Assembly: GCA_004022145.1 (NCBI GenBank)
Contig: RCNU01000002.1
Direction: 5' to 3' (one strand)
DNA: 64,000 nt
From: Paecilomyces variotii
Lineage: Eukaryota
Part shown: positions 54,001 through 64,000 of the stretch, in pieces
Layout of the letters: each line of letters begins with the position of its first letter
How positions within the stretch are numbered: position 1 is the first letter of the stretch
Made by a program: the position numbers and the translations under genes
The notes under the pieces: model-generated
Databases searched by the model: none
The model's input: the letters and a program-made list of their open reading frames with translations, nothing else
Told to the model about the DNA's origin: nothing

Positions 54001-56910
54001 TTATCTTGAAGATATCCGCTGTGGTACGGCCTTGCTGGATTTAACAGAAATATCGTCATCATCGATCTCACCTGTTCCCGCATTGACTACTCTGAGCTTC
54101 TCCTTAGGTACTGTGAAGGTCACTTGGACCAGTCTACCTTCTGCAGCAGCCTCGACATCCCAGTCCTCGTCATCCTCGTTAGACGTGTCTTCACCTCTAG
54201 AATGATGCATGGGGAACTTGACAGTCTGAGATAAGGAGCGGGAGGCCTCGCCTGAAGCTTCTTCGCCCGCACCCCAGTCCTTCGCCCCTCGTCTGCGTTT
54301 CAAGACAGCGGCAGAAGTACTGACGGCTCTTCGTGGTAGTTGATACTCGTATGTTGTCTCATTGGCTGAACCAGAGGATGTGCTCATCTGGTCGCCCGCA
54401 GCTAAACTTTTGTCAAGGTACCCTTCTTTGGCATCTCGTCCAAAGGCTTTGCGGACATTTCCTATCCAACTGAAAGCCTTGTCTTTCGTGCCACCCGAAC
54501 CTTTAAGAACGGGCGATTCGGGTGGCGTAGCCCAGTCGGAGTCTCTACCAAGCAGGGATTCCCCTTCGGTTTGTGATCGTTGAAAGGATGTGTGTGCGGT
54601 CGTGAATGAATCAGCTGTTCGAGACTGCTCAAAGGGGAAGCCTATACCAGTATAGCTGCTTTGGTCCTGTGTTTGACTGCTAAAGGACCGAAGTGAAGCT
54701 CTCTCTGTAGAATGCGGAGTTTCGTTCATCTGTCCCAGATCCTGATCTAGCATAGCCATTCCAGACGACTCGCCGTGTATCGGAGGACTCTGATAGTCAT
54801 CACTCCCGTCGTTCGGGACGATGAATAGAGACTGTGATTTAGATGACTCCGACAGACTATATGCTGTATTTTCATTTTTGCTTGGAGATCCGCTTCGAGC
54901 TTCGTCCGGAGAGCCATGACCGGACACAGACTCCCCGTCGCTCATCCAGCTTTGCCTGTTCTTCGTAGGAGATAATTGTAGCAATGGAGATGATGCTGGG
55001 TCTTTGAAAGGATCGCTCCCCTGTGATATCTGACTGTTGCGATTGCTCGCATCGTGACCTATTAGACCCTGCTGCTCAGAGGGGTGAGCTTCATATTCCT
55101 CTTGTTCATCAATGGGAGGGATGACTGCAGAGACACCTGGCCTTCTCGGCTCATCGCATTGTACTGCCGGTTGATAACGGTAAGGCCGGGAGTGCATGGA
55201 TTTCCTGAGTCCACGCGTTGGACTCGGCACATCCACGAATGCCCCAGTTCCCTGGGCGTTGGAATTCTCAGCCTTATGCCAAGGGGGACCATCGCCGAAG
55301 CCCCTATTGCCAGTCCATGGGTAGGCATTCTCAGCGTAGATACCTAATGCATTTCTATTGCCAGTTTCTGAAATGGGACAGCGAATGCTGCAGGACATTT
55401 CTGGTTCGCTCCAGAAGTGATCACGCTCTGCTCCTAGGGCCAGCTTACGAAGCTCCCGATCCCTGGACCTTCTATAGGCTCTGCGTTTCCGGCAGCATAG
55501 AAGGAAAACTATCGCGATACACACCAGAGCAATTATACCCCCACCAAGTCCTGCTCCTAGCCCTATTTTTTGCGACTTGGATGAAAGCGGACCAGACTTT
55601 GAGCTGGGCTTTTGCTGGTGTTGTTGGTACGGATTAGTATATGATGATGACCAGGTATTGGATGTGATGTTGTAAAGATAGACTTGCGAGTTCGGAACAG
55701 GCTCGGACGTGGATCGCTTGTTAGATGAGGATGGAATTGAGTAACCTCCCACGACCATCATGATATCTCCAGGAAGTAGTGTTGCTCCGTGACCATAGAT
55801 ACCAGAGCCTTGAGGCAGTCCGTTTGCCCCCTGAGAAGGAACTTTCCATGTCCACGATCCAGTGCCACCATAATCTTCATCTACTTCGAGAATGGCCAAT
55901 TGTGGGTTAGCAGCGGTGCTCGTGTCACCAACCCAACCACCAAACACGATAATCTTGCTTCCATCGGGCGAGAGAACAGCGGAATGTCCTGATCTTGGTT
56001 CCACTTCATCGATGCCACGAACTGCGAGCTCTGATCTCCCTGCATCTGGCTGAGCAACGTTGCCATAGGTCCAGCTACTCTCTGGGAGTGAGAAGACCGC
56101 GATTCCCGACATGTTGATGAATGCATTCTGAGTATGGCCGCCGATAAAAATGAAGCTCTGTTGCTCAAGTACTTCTCCCGTGGACGTATTCGAAAAGGCT
56201 ACCGGCAACGGCGTAACAGTAAAGCCAGCTTCCGCAACTGGGGGTCCTCTCGCAGCGCTGATCTCAGCATCGTATATTGTATCCGTGTCAGAATCAGAGG
56301 GGTTTAAAACAACCATAGAACGGGAATAGTTGGCCGCGGAAACCCAACTTTCGCCGGACGTAGAGCTCCATGGGCACATCCCACCGAAACTGTACAGCGA
56401 GCTGGATGAACCATTGTACATCGAATATGCAAACCCAGCAGCCAGATAGGTTGGACCTGAGATCTGCCCACTTGCGGCTATATTGCCGATATCTATAGAA
56501 GACCTCGCCCACGCCCCGTCTCCTGTCAAACTGCTATTGCTTGGGGTGAACTGCCACACAGTTCCATCGCCTGCAGATGAATTGCAACTTCCCGCATAGA
56601 TCTTCAGATTGCCCTCATTATCCATAACCGGTACAATAGCCCCGCCATCTTTGTCACTCGAAAAATGACCCGGCTGGGCTAGCGTCGAATATTGCGGGTT
56701 CCCAGCATCGATATTGCCAGAAAAGTTCAGAGATAGGAACTCGAATCCATTTGGAGAGGATGATTGCGCCTGTAGAATATAGGCGAGCGAATCGCGGTTC
56801 TGAGACGAGAGGAAAATGTGGGAAGGCGTATAAGGGATTGTTGCAGTGACCAATTGGCTCCAGAGTATCCAAAAGCCGCAGAAGATCTGGAAGTCCATGC
56901 CCAAGAACAT
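54001..56910 (-). CDS. Type I membrane protein with an extracellular kelch/galactose-oxidase-like propeller and a long disordered cytoplasmic tail, single exon
   Basis: Signal peptide (MDFQIFCGFWILWSQLVTA). Kelch-like blades LYSFGGMC, FIFIGG, PRSGHSAV..IIVFGGW, IYGHGATL..MMVVGG. TM IGLGAGLGGGIIALVCIAIVFLLCC followed by RKRR. Start ATG is 56910 or 56898. Confidence 0.85.
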   Translation of the reverse strand: MFLGMDFQIFCGFWILWSQLVTATIPYTPSHIFLSSQNRDSLAYILQAQSSSPNGFEFLSLNFSGNIDAGNPQYSTLAQPGHFSSDKDGGAIVPVMDNEGNLKIYAGSCNSSAGDGTVWQFTPSNSSLTGDGAWARSSIDIGNIAASGQISGPTYLAAGFAYSMYNGSSSSLYSFGGMCPWSSTSGESWVSAANYSRSMVVLNPSDSDTDTIYDAEISAARGPPVAEAGFTVTPLPVAFSNTSTGEVLEQQSFIFIGGHTQNAFINMSGIAVFSLPESSWTYGNVAQPDAGRSELAVRGIDEVEPRSGHSAVLSPDGSKIIVFGGWVGDTSTAANPQLAILEVDEDYGGTGSWTWKVPSQGANGLPQGSGIYGHGATLLPGDIMMVVGGYSIPSSSNKRSTSEPVPNSQVYLYNITSNTWSSSYTNPYQQHQQKPSSKSGPLSSKSQKIGLGAGLGGGIIALVCIAIVFLLCCRKRRAYRRSRDRELRKLALGAERDHFWSEPEMSCSIRCPISETGNRNALGIYAENAYPWTGNRGFGDGPPWHKAENSNAQGTGAFVDVPSPTRGLRKSMHSRPYRYQPAVQCDEPRRPGVSAVIPPIDEQEEYEAHPSEQQGLIGHDASNRNSQISQGSDPFKDPASSPLLQLSPTKNRQSWMSDGESVSGHGSPDEARSGSPSKNENTAYSLSESSKSQSLFIVPNDGSDDYQSPPIHGESSGMAMLDQDLGQMNETPHSTERASLRSFSSQTQDQSSYTGIGFPFEQSRTADSFTTAHTSFQRSQTEGESLLGRDSDWATPPESPVLKGSGGTKDKAFSWIGNVRKAFGRDAKEGYLDKSLAAGDQMSTSSGSANETTYEYQLPRRAVSTSAAVLKRRRGAKDWGAGEEASGEASRSLSQTVKFPMHHSRGEDTSNEDDEDWDVEAAAEGRLVQVTFTVPKEKLRVVNAGTGEIDDDDISVKSSKAVPQRISSR

Positions 56911-59900
56911 CTTGGTTTTCGATTGCCTGTGGAGACTACTCAAAGGAATTCAAGAACAGTACTCCTCTTCGAGCTTATTGGATATTGTCAAAGCATTGGA
57001 ATGTGTCGAGGGTTTAGCGGTGACGGTATGATATGCTGGCCACCTAGGTCGCGGGGCAAGATACAGACTGCGAGTATGTGCCCGTCTAGATCAGCCTTAT
57101 CAACCGAAGTTGAAGTGGCCCTGTTCGGTCCAAGAATAAGACATGTACAAGAAGAAAACTAAGTGGAAAGTCGATAGAAGATAATGATGATAACAGCGAT
57201 CGACCGTGCAGGGTGGGCCGTGGAGGAAATCGGAGGAGTAAACAGAACTAGTAGATCGCAGGCCTGGGCCACAACGCACGTTCAACACATCGTGCGCTCC
57301 TCGAAACGCTCCCATCTAACACGATACATACTCGCACGAGCAATAAGAGCCCAGACCGCGGGTTCGTGAACAGTCTCGTCGGCGGAACAGCCCAGGGCCA
57401 CGAAGGAGTGTAAACATCGCCCGTTGCAATGGCAACACAATCCCGTGACTCGTCGAACCAGTCCCGTACCGCTCCTTATTATGATCGCAACATGTGGTTT
57501 ATTATCGCCTTTGGAAAAGTCTTCATTATTATGGTGTGTTTGCCGTTAGAATAATATCGTGACTTATTTATGATCTGATATACTAGGCTGAATTCTGGCA
57601 TGTGTCCATCAAGCATGGCAGCATTCCTACCCGCACGTTTTAGTTTCCACCTTCTGGTATGCTACTAGAAAACTGGCATATTCAGAGTGGCGTGGAGTCC
57701 TAGTCAAGCTTCGCTCCCAGATCCGGGTGGTTGCTCATCAAGATCAAGCAGTGTTCTTCAACTCCTCGTAGTACCATATTTGTGCGTCTGAAATCCCATA
57801 TCCATGGGTCTAGCGTGATATTTCACGCTCTTGCACTTCGAATTATACGAGCAGAGCCTTCAATAGAATGAATACTGTTAGGGAGGCGAGAATGCATAGG
57901 CGCGAATGCACTAGCACAATCGTTCATTATTTTGGATCTTCTCTTAACGCGGGGGGGCGATGCTAGGTGTGGTTCGTTCTCTTATCGGTTGGTCCCGAAG
58001 TTCTATCAAGTTATGCTTGGTGGGAACTTTCACGATTAATGCAAGTCTTCTCCATAGAACCAGAGATCGCTTCCGGAAGACTCGGGTTCTTTCATACTGG
58101 CTGCATTTGGCCTATTGTATCCTGGATACTGGAGAACCATGTGTCGCATGTACTTATAAGAGGCCCCTGCGCTAGCGTCGATGGAACCGTCGGACCTCCG
58201 GGGATGGTCATGAAACTGGATAGCTGGGACGGTGGGTTATACTCTATGACTATGTCGGGCAGACATGCTCGTGTTAGTAGTCTTAGTAGTCTTGGAGTGA
58301 GTAACCTGGGCGGAGTACTCAACTCCGCATTATGTCGATTATTGCCCCAGGTCCTCTCCATCTAGCATAGTTCTGCAAGGGCGAAAAGGGCCGAGCAAAA
58401 AAATAACTCTCGACAAAATAGGAGAGCGACAGTCGCTTGGGCCCTCGATGAGCGTAGAGTCTTATGCACGTCAGAAATGGCCTCTTTCTGCTACTGGCTA
58501 GGTCGGACAAGGGTCCAGGCTGGGCCTTTCGATCCGAGGATGTATAATCCCAAAGCAAGTCGTCCATTCAGACCATCGAATCGACGACGACAGCCTGATC
58601 AAACAAGCTGCGGCAATAAGCATCAACCACTGTCACCAGATAGGTCGTCCAACCAGCAGATTAGTCACCCAGTGCCCTGCTGCTCCTGACCACTGACGAT
58701 CCAGGCAGGGATTCGAGTGGCGCAGGAATATGACAGATCCAAAGTTGATTGTCCGTGGGCATGGATTCACCTAGCATCCTATTACCATATTGCTGCATCT
58801 GCCGTATTGACTGGGAGCTCTCGCTCTCTGCGTCTGCCGTCAAGCCATGGCAGCTCCTGGTATTTTCCTTTCTGGGTCAGTCGCATAAATCCCACAACGT
58901 CTCATCATGACCATGGATAACAATTGCCCATGAACACCAAGTAACATCTGGTGCACAGTCCAGCCCTAGAAGAACTGCTCCCAGATACCGTATCGCATCC
59001 GGGTAAGAGCATACATAACTCGAAACATCAACTGAGATCCAATGACTTCGTGTTTGTCTCCTTCAGACTTTGAACATCCCCAACAGTCCCTGAAGGAAAT
59101 CCATGGATGGGTTAGAGTATCGAAGGGTATAGATAGCCAAGAGGCTCGTGCTTGTTTGCCATCATCGATTTCATGATGTCCGCGACGACGGTCATGACGG
59201 GCTCGCACCTTTGGTGACGGCATCAGCTGCAGGAGAGACCGGATGCGGATTAGTGCCCGCTTTAGCGTCTCTGCTGATGATGAGGGGCAATTTCTCTGTG
59301 GTCCGTGCGTTCTAGATTCATTTCACCATGTATACCATACCTAGTTATCAATTTATTAGTTCTCGAGTCAGTGCCACGCATGCGAAGAATATGGGGAAGA
59401 AGAGACAACAGCATTACGGGGGACGCTATATCGACAAGGGCCCCGGTAGAGAGCCTCTGATCATGTAGAGGGGAATGCATGTGGATGACCACGGGTTAAA
59501 TGCTCCAGCAAAGCACTACTATATCGAGGACTCTCTCCGTTTCCTGACTGCCCGATGGTGATTTCTTGACACTCGCGGAAGGGAAAGGAAGAGTTCAGGT
59601 CACTGGAATCCAAGGGATCGTGGATGCTAAAGCATGGGTGAAGGTGCCAGGAAAGGCAAGAGTCTGCGTTGACATGCATAACATGGCACGAGAAGTCAAT
59701 GGATGATCCCATCTCGGCGACCGATAGCCGAACCGTCAGCTTGAGAGAGCTTCCTGGAATGGTCGCTAATCGTGAGACCTTGGATTTGCTCGAATCCCGG
59801 TTCCTATGGTATACCGTCTAGCCCTGACGTAGCGCCATCTGGAGAAGACCCGCTCATGTTTCACGGCGTCAAACGTCGGAGGTTGTATGGTAGATGTAGG

Positions 59901-61609
59901 ACAAAGCGTTGACGAAGTGCTGTATAAGGCCCAAAGCACTTATTTTTCCGATATTACTATCGACGGGGTTGGGAGCCCCTAACCCCTTCGTTTACGTCTG
60001 ATTGAGCGCTTGGAATGGAAGCTCAGCGCTAACCGTAAATCACTTCAGAGGTGCACCCGGGTCGTTGTTGTTGTAGAGCAGCACATGTAAGAATGTGCCA
60101 AAGTCTCATATCCCCTTTTGGTTCGTTGCATACTGAATCCTCCGAAATACGGTTGCTGATGTGAGGTTGGGCGTCTCGAAATGTCTGGAGATTTGATTCT
60201 GGGATTCCGCCACCCCAGCTGTGACGGCAGAACCCTCGAAATACCCTCATAGACAAGAGAGCATATCCGTCAAACCAGCCATGAACCCTCGAATCAATGC
60301 AGCACAACGAGAGGAACCGTGCGCCAAGACCCAAAGGTTCGTAGCCAGTGGAACATCAACATTGCTAACTTTACATTAGTGTTGTGGCCAAGCGGGAAGA
60401 GGTATGTTCAAACGCTCTTCAACTCGGGATCAACGCTGGGGCCCAGACCCATGGACGACGAAAACGAAACGGGCAGTGACCTGTACGACTTGGCTGACAA
60501 TCAAAGGTCGCGAAGAGGTAGTTAGACGATGTAAGTTAGCTGTGGGCATCCGAGACACCAAGGAAAAGTTGCGGATGACGGACGAGATTGACTGGGCAGT
60601 CTTCGACGTAACCGATAGTCAGTTAGGCGATAGCCGTGCTGGAGCCGCCACCCACGAGCATCTTCTCCAGCCGTTTCGTTTCGTACTGTCGAGTCCCATC
60701 GCGACGTAAGAGGAGTCTACCATATGGCATAGAGGACCAAGGCCGCAGAACGAATGGACTGCTTGGACAACAAGTAACTAGTAGTTGTGCTCGAGTGGCA
60801 GCAAAGATAACTTCTTCTCGCCCCCAGGGGTCCATCCACGTCGCCCACGGACCATCTCCGGAACGGCGACCGAGGGCGCACGCTCCAGTGCCGTCGCCCA
60901 GCCTTTACCCACTGCAGCAGCGCCGGTCCATTCCCATCCCCATCGCCTGACAACCTCAGTTCGCTTTACGCTTTCTCTCCTGGCTCCTGGGACATTCAAC
61001 CACGCCTCTTGATAGTCACTTTTTCTCGAGTCTTTTATTATCGACGCTCCCTTGGCTCGTTCTCTGCAATTTTCGGCCGTTTCAGTTTTTGTTCTCTCAT
61101 CCTGGTCCCTTGCTGGCTCTTCAAGAGTTGTACCCCTCCAACGCAGCGTCATATATTGCCAGCCTGCCGTGCATCTGGCCCCGACCATTTAAACGACCAA
61201 CATATCGCCTGCGCTTCCCTCGAGACTCTGTATTCTTTTCTTTCAGTTCATAGTGACTCCCGAGACAATACACAATCCCCGTACTCGGCCGGTGACTGCT
61301 ACAACTGCCACGTTTCCCGGTCTTGAGATACAGGTGGTCAGGATTGAGGGTGCTCTGGCTGGTCTATCGCCCTGAATCGATTGCCACAGCCCGCACCACT
61401 GGCACGGGTCCACGCGCGAGGCAGCAATGTTCCTTGCGTGAGATACAATAGCAAAGGAATGACGGTTTTCTCGTGATCGTCTGCCGGACTCCTCTTTTCT
61501 CTGTCCCACCACGGGTCCAGGTTCGACGTCGACGAACGGAAAACAACATCTCGGACTCAAAGAATGCATAGAAGGAGCGCCAGGAACAAATTGTGAGACA
61601 GTGAACGAG

Positions 61610-64000
61610 ATGAGGACATCCCAGCGGCATGATTCCAGGCCTGACGTGATGGAGTCGGCCCCTGATCATCCAGACAACGCATCTCGTCACAGTCCCGTTG
61701 GAAGCGAGGACGTTGCAGTCTCATCAGATTCGACAACGTGTGCCACACCGACTGCCAGGCAGATCACTGGCAAGCCAGCCGCGTCTGAGGATTTGCGATC
61801 ATCACACCAGCATGGCTACCATTATCCCCATCACTCTGCCAGTGGGTCACGGCTGTCTTCAGCGAAGACGTCGTCAAGTTCCTTGCAGGCTCTGAATGAG
61901 GATGTTGTGACGGATGCCCGCTCTGATAACAGCAGTATCATGCGGAACCCTCTGGTACAAAGAGTGGCTCAGCAGTTTGGACAATCAGCAGAGCCACTTG
62001 CGCCATCGACACAATCAGTGAATACATCGGGCGACTTCCCTGTGTATCCTGATCAATCATACGCGGTTTTGCAGTCACAGGTTCATCCGACGCCGTACCC
62101 TTTCCTACGCTCGCGGAGCTCATACCCAGTACATAGCGATATTTCTGCACGTTATCCCAATGGCCGTGGCGCTCGCACCGCTGGAAACACTCCGATCTCC
62201 AGTCCAGGCTTGTTTTCTTCGAGGAGTTCTAGGTCTACCCCGCCTTACGCTTCTGATGATGAGGGCCGTCTCGGCAGTCCGTATCTACATCCCACTCATC
62301 TTCAACCACCAAAAGAGTAAGTAAAGCTATTTGCATCCCGGAGATCCAACTCATGCTAATACTTTCCCGTCTCAGGACACATACAGTAGAAGTAGATCGC
62401 GACGTCAACACTGGAAACAAGCTCATCAACGAATATGAAATCCTAGAGGAATTGGGACGTGGTGAACACGGGAAGGTCAAATTGGGTCGTCACGTGGTCA
62501 CAAAACAACAAGTTGCGATCAAAATAGTACAGCGATACTCGAAAAGACGGCGTTTGGGCAAATTGGGCAATCCTGAAGATAAAGTCAAGAAAGAGGTCGC
62601 TATCCTCAAAAAGGCTCGTCATCCAAACGTAGTCAGTCTGTTGGAGGTCATCGATGATCCCAACCGTCAGAAAGTCTACATCGTTCTGGAATATGTGGAG
62701 AACGGGGAGATCGTTTGGCGAAAGAAAGGGCTGCGGGAGATTGTGAATGTCGACAAGCGCAGACTCGAGCGTGAGAAAAGGGGAATCCCCGATTCGCCCT
62801 CCTTCCTCGAGGAAAGTCTACAATATGTCAGGACCGCACAATTGCAACGTCGACAAAGGGAACGAGCCCGTGCAAGACGTAATGCCCAAACACTAGCCCT
62901 TCAGGAACAATCGATTCCTGCTTGGAGCTTGGAGCACGGAGGCGAGTCAGATGATGAGGCAGGGCCAGAAAATCTACCGTCGTCTAGCCGGACGATGCTC
63001 AGCGAGGACCACTCGGTCCATTCTTCGCCCAGTCATTCTTATACGTCTACCTCCGATCTCGAGCGCCGCATGCGGGAAGCAAGCTTGGCTGCCATTGAAG
63101 GAAGCATGTATGGCCCTTATGCATCGGATCACTATTACGGACGGCGTTTTAGCACCGCCTCAAGTAATCTTGGATACGCATCTTCAGAGCCAGATTGGCT
63201 TTCCGACGATGATGACTTGTCTTATGTCCCGTGCCTCACCATGTCTGAGGCGCGTAATGCTTTCAGAGATTCCGTGTTAGGACTGGAGTATCTCCATTAC
63301 CAGGGAATCATCCACCGCGATATCAAACCGGCCAACCTTCTGGTCACGGCCAATCACCGGGTCAAGATATCTGATTTTGGCGTGTCTTACCTGGGTCGGC
63401 CTATGCGGGACGATGAGGAGGAACAGGTGACGGAGACTGATGCTTCTGAGCTTGATGATGCTCGAGAATTATCCAAGACTGTTGGCACACCGGCTTTCTA
63501 TGCACCGGAACTCTGTTATACTGGCGACGATTTCGTGAGCGCCATCGGAAATGTACCTAAGATCACTGGAGCCATTGATGTGTGGTCCCTCGGTGTGACT
63601 CTCTACGGCATGATATTCGGACGGCTTCCATTCATGTCTGACGATGAGTTCAGCATGTTTCAAACTATTGTCAAGCAGGAAGTTTTCATCCCACGGAAAC
63701 GTCTAAAAGCTGTCGAGGAGGACACATCGTCTACCAACCCCCACGACCGCAATCATATCATGAACTGCAACAAGCGCACGGAAGACGAACTTGTTTACGA
63801 AGACATTGACGACGAGCTTTATGATCTCTTGAAGCGACTGCTAACAAAGGACCCCACAAAACGAATTACACTAAAGGAAATCAAGCATCATCCTTGGGTT
63901 CTCCGTGGCTTGCAGAATCCCCGAGCATGGATTGAAGAAACAGATCCCGGATACCAGAGCAAAGGCAAGAGGATCGAAGTCTCGACTGAAGAAGTCACGA
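61610..64000 (+). CDS. Ser/Thr protein kinase, CaMKK/Snf1-activating (Sak1/Tos3/Ssp1-like); intron 62317-62375; truncated at the window end
   Basis: The second exon is missing from the ORF track because it has no stop in the window. It reads INEYEILEELGRGEHGKVKLG, VAIKIV, HPNVVSLLEVIDDPNRQKVYIVLEY, HRDIKPANLL, KISDFG, TVGTPAFYAPE, DVWSLGVTLY, RITLKEIKHHPW. Confidence 0.92.

Noticed and set aside
57000..60200. Short ORFs in the long divergent intergenic region
   Set aside because: No coding-like composition or motifs. Treated as regulatory or UTR sequence.
60377..60438. tRNA gene
   Set aside because: An A-box match is present, but there is no cloverleaf, no anticodon arm, and the B-box-like sequence is only about 10 nt away.

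Overview
This is eukaryotic DNA from a filamentous ascomycete, most likely Eurotiales (Aspergillus/Paecilomyces/Talaromyces-like). That placement is inferred from the gene content, short GT-AG introns with CTRAC branch sites and RIP-like patches. The window holds about 21 protein-coding genes, most of them spliced, plus one probable pseudogene. In order: a secreted GMC oxidoreductase, a p24 cargo receptor, SWC4, a ~995-aa disordered hypothetical protein, rgsA, a RIP-damaged HNH-nuclease-family remnant, a Yck-type casein kinase I, RTT106, mitochondrial uL24, rhoA, CCZ1, FMT1, an intron-rich SDR, ALG14, IMA1, an MFS sugar/quinate transporter, a DUF2264 protein, chorismate synthase, lipoate-protein ligase, a kelch-repeat type I membrane protein, and a Sak1/Ssp1-like kinase truncated by the window end. 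It is mostly a conserved housekeeping and signalling region. I saw no CRISPR array, rRNA, credible tRNA or intact transposon. The best leads are: (i) a DUF2264 (GH154-like) plus MFS transporter pair with a dense CreA-site cluster; (ii) the uncharacterised kelch/TM sensor-like protein; (iii) the RIP-hit HNH remnant; (iv) a GC-AG intron and an alternatively spliceable kinase lipidation tail; (v) clustered TACGGAGTA motifs and PUF-like elements after the mitochondrial genes. All family calls come from motif recognition by eye, and exon boundaries are manual.
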